A DNA stretch of 64,000 nt from an uncultured bacterium (GTDB taxonomy: Bacteria; Auribacterota; Erginobacteria; Erginobacterales; Erginobacteraceae), in the NCBI GenBank assembly GCA_963822585.1, contig CAWGIE010000047.1, positions 1 to 64,000 on the forward strand, given 5' to 3'. The position numbers were made by a program, and so were the translations under genes. This document shows positions 61,995 to 64,000 of this stretch, piece by piece; position 1 is the first letter of the stretch; each line of letters opens with the position of its first letter. The notes under the pieces were generated by a model. That model did no database searches and was not told the DNA's origin. It saw nothing but the letters and a program-made list of their open reading frames with translations.

Positions 61995-62405
61995 AGAAAG
62001 TTTGAAGTTCGAAGTTTTTCCCCCGCCTCGCCCCCTTTTATTAACAACTAATTACACGAATCTGCACGAATTCCCCCCGCTTCGCCCCCTTTCGGGAACA
62101 GACGATTGAATGTGATTGAATATGAGGGAAACCGGCCGAATGGTTCGACGTTCGATGTTCGGTTTTTCATCCCCCGCCTCGCCCTCTTTAATAAAACAGA
62201 CGATCGAATGTGATTGAATATGAGAGGGGACTAGCCGGAAAGGTTCGACGTTCGACGTTCAAAGTTGGACGTTCGACGTTCAAAGTTGGACGTTCGACGT
62301 TCAGTTTTTTCCATCACTCCATCACTCCCTGTCATCTTAACTTTAGGCACTTCTAACTTTAGGCACTTTAGGCACTTTCATCTGTTGAACGTTCGGTGTT
62401 TTTTT
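61995..62405. repeat. Long composite repeat tract containing two tandem ~100-bp units
   Basis: AACAGACGATTGAATGTGATTGAATATGAG at 62097 and a variant at 62195, plus GACGTTC, CCATCACT and TTTAGGCAC arrays. Confidence 0.85.
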
Positions 62406-62517
62406 CCGAGATGACCGGAGGTCATTCCCGCAAAGAAGCTGCGCTTCCGCGGGATCTTCGATTTTTCGGATCGATGTTCGGTTTTTTATCCCCCCACGCC
62501 CCATACTTCTGCTTTCA

Positions 62518-62606
62518 TGTAACCCCTCGTAACCTTTCGTAACCCCGCGTAACTTCTCGTAACCCCGCGTAACCCCGCGTAACCCCTCGTAACCTCTCGT
62601 AACCTC
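62518..62606. repeat. Tandem decamer array (CGTAACCCCT-like, about 9 units)
   Basis: GTAAC recurs with a strict 10-bp period. Confidence 0.92.
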
Positions 62607-62751
62607 AGAAAGCTGCTTCCCTCTCCGTCGGCTATCTTCCATCCCGCTCTTCCGCCTCCTCCCGCTTAAAAAAAAGTAAAAAAGTCGGGAATAAAATCCC
62701 GGGTTGTTCCGACTGTTATATGACACAAACAACAGCCGACATCTTCCGGCG

Positions 62752-63335
62752 GGTACTGTCAAAAATTTTATGAAAGAATGAATTCGGTAAAGGGGAACTG
62801 AATATCCAATATTCAACAAGGAATATCCAATGAAGAAGGAAAGACAGTACGATTTACAGGATCGTTTTGTTGACTATGCTGTCCGGATCATCAAACTTTC
62901 TGGCGACCTGCCGGAAACGAAGACCGGCAAACATGTTTCTTCACAGATATTGAGGAGCGGAACATCGCCTGCCCCAAACTATGGAGAGGCCCAAAGCGCA
63001 GAATCCAAGGCCGATTTCGTTCATAAACTCAAGATAGCCCTCAAAGAACTCCGAGAGACAGAGATTTGGCTCAAGATCATTTCGAAGGCGCAGATGATTG
63101 AATCTGCGTCTCAGCTTGCTCCGCTTCTACAGGAAACAGATGAATTGATTGCAATTCTGTTTACGAGTGTCGAAACCGCCAAGAAAAGCAAGGAGCGATA
63201 GCGACTGTCGCCTTGGATATTGGATATTCCTTGTTGGCTGTTGGATATTCAAAAGGGGGAGTGCCAAGGAATGGTCCTAGCCCGCTCCAAAGAAGACGAA
63301 TAGATACAAAACAAACGGAAAGTTTTGACAGAACC
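62752..63335. mobile_element. 584-bp non-autonomous element carrying a four-helix-bundle gene; 17-bp TIRs and an 8-bp TSD
   Basis: Left end GGTACTGTCAAAAATTT; reverse complement of the right end GGTTCTGTCAAAACTTT (15/17). TTCCGGCG is duplicated at 62744-62751 and 63336-63343. Confidence 0.85.
62830..63201 (+). CDS. Four helix bundle protein (23S rRNA IVS-protein/TIGR02436 family)
   Basis: DLQDRFVDYAVRII, QILRSGTSPAPNYGEAQSAESKADFVHKLKIALKELRETEIWL and ELIAIL. Confidence 0.93.
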   Translation: MKKERQYDLQDRFVDYAVRIIKLSGDLPETKTGKHVSSQILRSGTSPAPNYGEAQSAESKADFVHKLKIALKELRETEIWLKIISKAQMIESASQLAPLLQETDELIAILFTSVETAKKSKER

Positions 63336-63359
63336 TTCCGGCGAAAAAGGAGGCACGGG

Positions 63360-64000
63360 ATGAAAAAGGGCTGCACTCATCTCTCGGTCATTCTTGACCG
63401 GACGGGATCGATGGAGTCGATCCGGGACGACACCATCGGCGGCTTCAATACCTTCCTGGAGGAGCAGAAGAAACAGGGGGGAGAGGCCACGCTCACCCTG
63501 GTCCAGTTCGATACCCAGGATCCCTACAAGGTCATCCACGACTTCGTGCCGATCCGGCGCGTCCCCGCGCTCACCCGGGAGACCTATGTTCCCCGGGCCT
63601 CGACCCCGCTTCTGGACGCCATCGGCCGGGGTATCAACGATCTGGAATGCCGCCTCTCCCGGCTGCCGAAGAAGGAGCGGCCGGCAAAAGTGGTAATGGT
63701 GATCATCACCGACGGTCAGGAGAACTCCAGCCGCGAGTTCCGCAAGGACCGGATCGAAAAAATGATCGGGGAGCACGAAGAGAAAGACGACTGGCAGTTC
63801 GTGTACCTGAGCGCCGACCTCTCCGCGATCGAAGACGCGGCCGACTTCGGCTTCCAGCGTCGGAAAGCGATGCTATTCGATAAGAGCTCCCGGGGAACCA
63901 CCCGGGTCTGGGCATCGGTCTCGCAGAAGATTTCCGAGTATCGCGAAGGGATGGCGGATGATATCTCCTTCACGGACCGGGACCGCGCGGACGCGGCGAA
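63360..64000 (+). CDS. von Willebrand factor A domain protein (runs off the window end; absent from the ORF track)
   Basis: AGGAGG RBS. My translation gives MKKGCTHLSVILDRTGSMESIRDDTIGGFN...TPLLDAIG...IITDGQENSS (MIDAS-like). Confidence 0.88.
   Translation, partial: MKKGCTHLSVILDRTGSMESIRDDTIGGFNTFLEEQKKQGGEATLTLVQFDTQDPYKVIHDFVPIRRVPALTRETYVPRASTPLLDAIGRGINDLECRLSRLPKKERPAKVVMVIITDGQENSSREFRKDRIEKMIGEHEEKDDWQFVYLSADLSAIEDAADFGFQRRKAMLFDKSSRGTTRVWASVSQKISEYREGMADDISFTDRDRADAA

Noticed and set aside
62830..63201. Diversity-generating retroelement (Avd-like gene) or 23S rRNA intervening sequence
   Set aside because: I found no reverse transcriptase, no template/variable repeat pair differing at adenines, and no flanking rRNA sequence.

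Overview
A GC-rich bacterial chromosomal segment, probably from an anaerobe, with no rRNA, tRNA, CRISPR array, prophage or full-length transposase that I could recognise. Housekeeping and metabolic genes: FecCD/BtuC-type ABC permease and ATPase, a TatT-DctP-DctQM (TPAT-type TRAP) transporter, queD-queE-queF-queC, an ECF sigma with a double zinc-finger anti-sigma, vapBC, two hybrid sensor kinases, aldehyde:ferredoxin oxidoreductase with its ferredoxin, YbaK, gatB, and a menA-polyprenyl synthase-NDH-2-DoxX run. Two features stand out. (1) Five large secreted proteins with mostly unrelated N-terminal modules all end in the same domain of six ~40-aa GDYDGDG...[14 protein letters not shown] repeats closing in D(I/L)PVTR-stop. 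A sixth, fibre-like protein carries only two such repeats, at its N-terminus. This suggests a shared surface-anchoring or assembly module. (2) Many intergenic spaces hold cassettes of degenerate 7-10-bp micro-repeats, often as inverted arms, often nested and often starting at stop codons. One filled cassette encloses a four-helix-bundle gene inside a 584-bp transposase-less element (62752-63335) with 15/17 terminal inverted repeats and a perfect 8-bp target-site duplication. A second, 148-bp MITE sits inside a REP-like palindrome. Also noted: an AT-rich patch inside gatB, a radical SAM gene with no canonical start, three single-base frameshifts (possibly assembly errors) and a sigma-54 promoter. 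All product calls come from motif recognition, not database searches.
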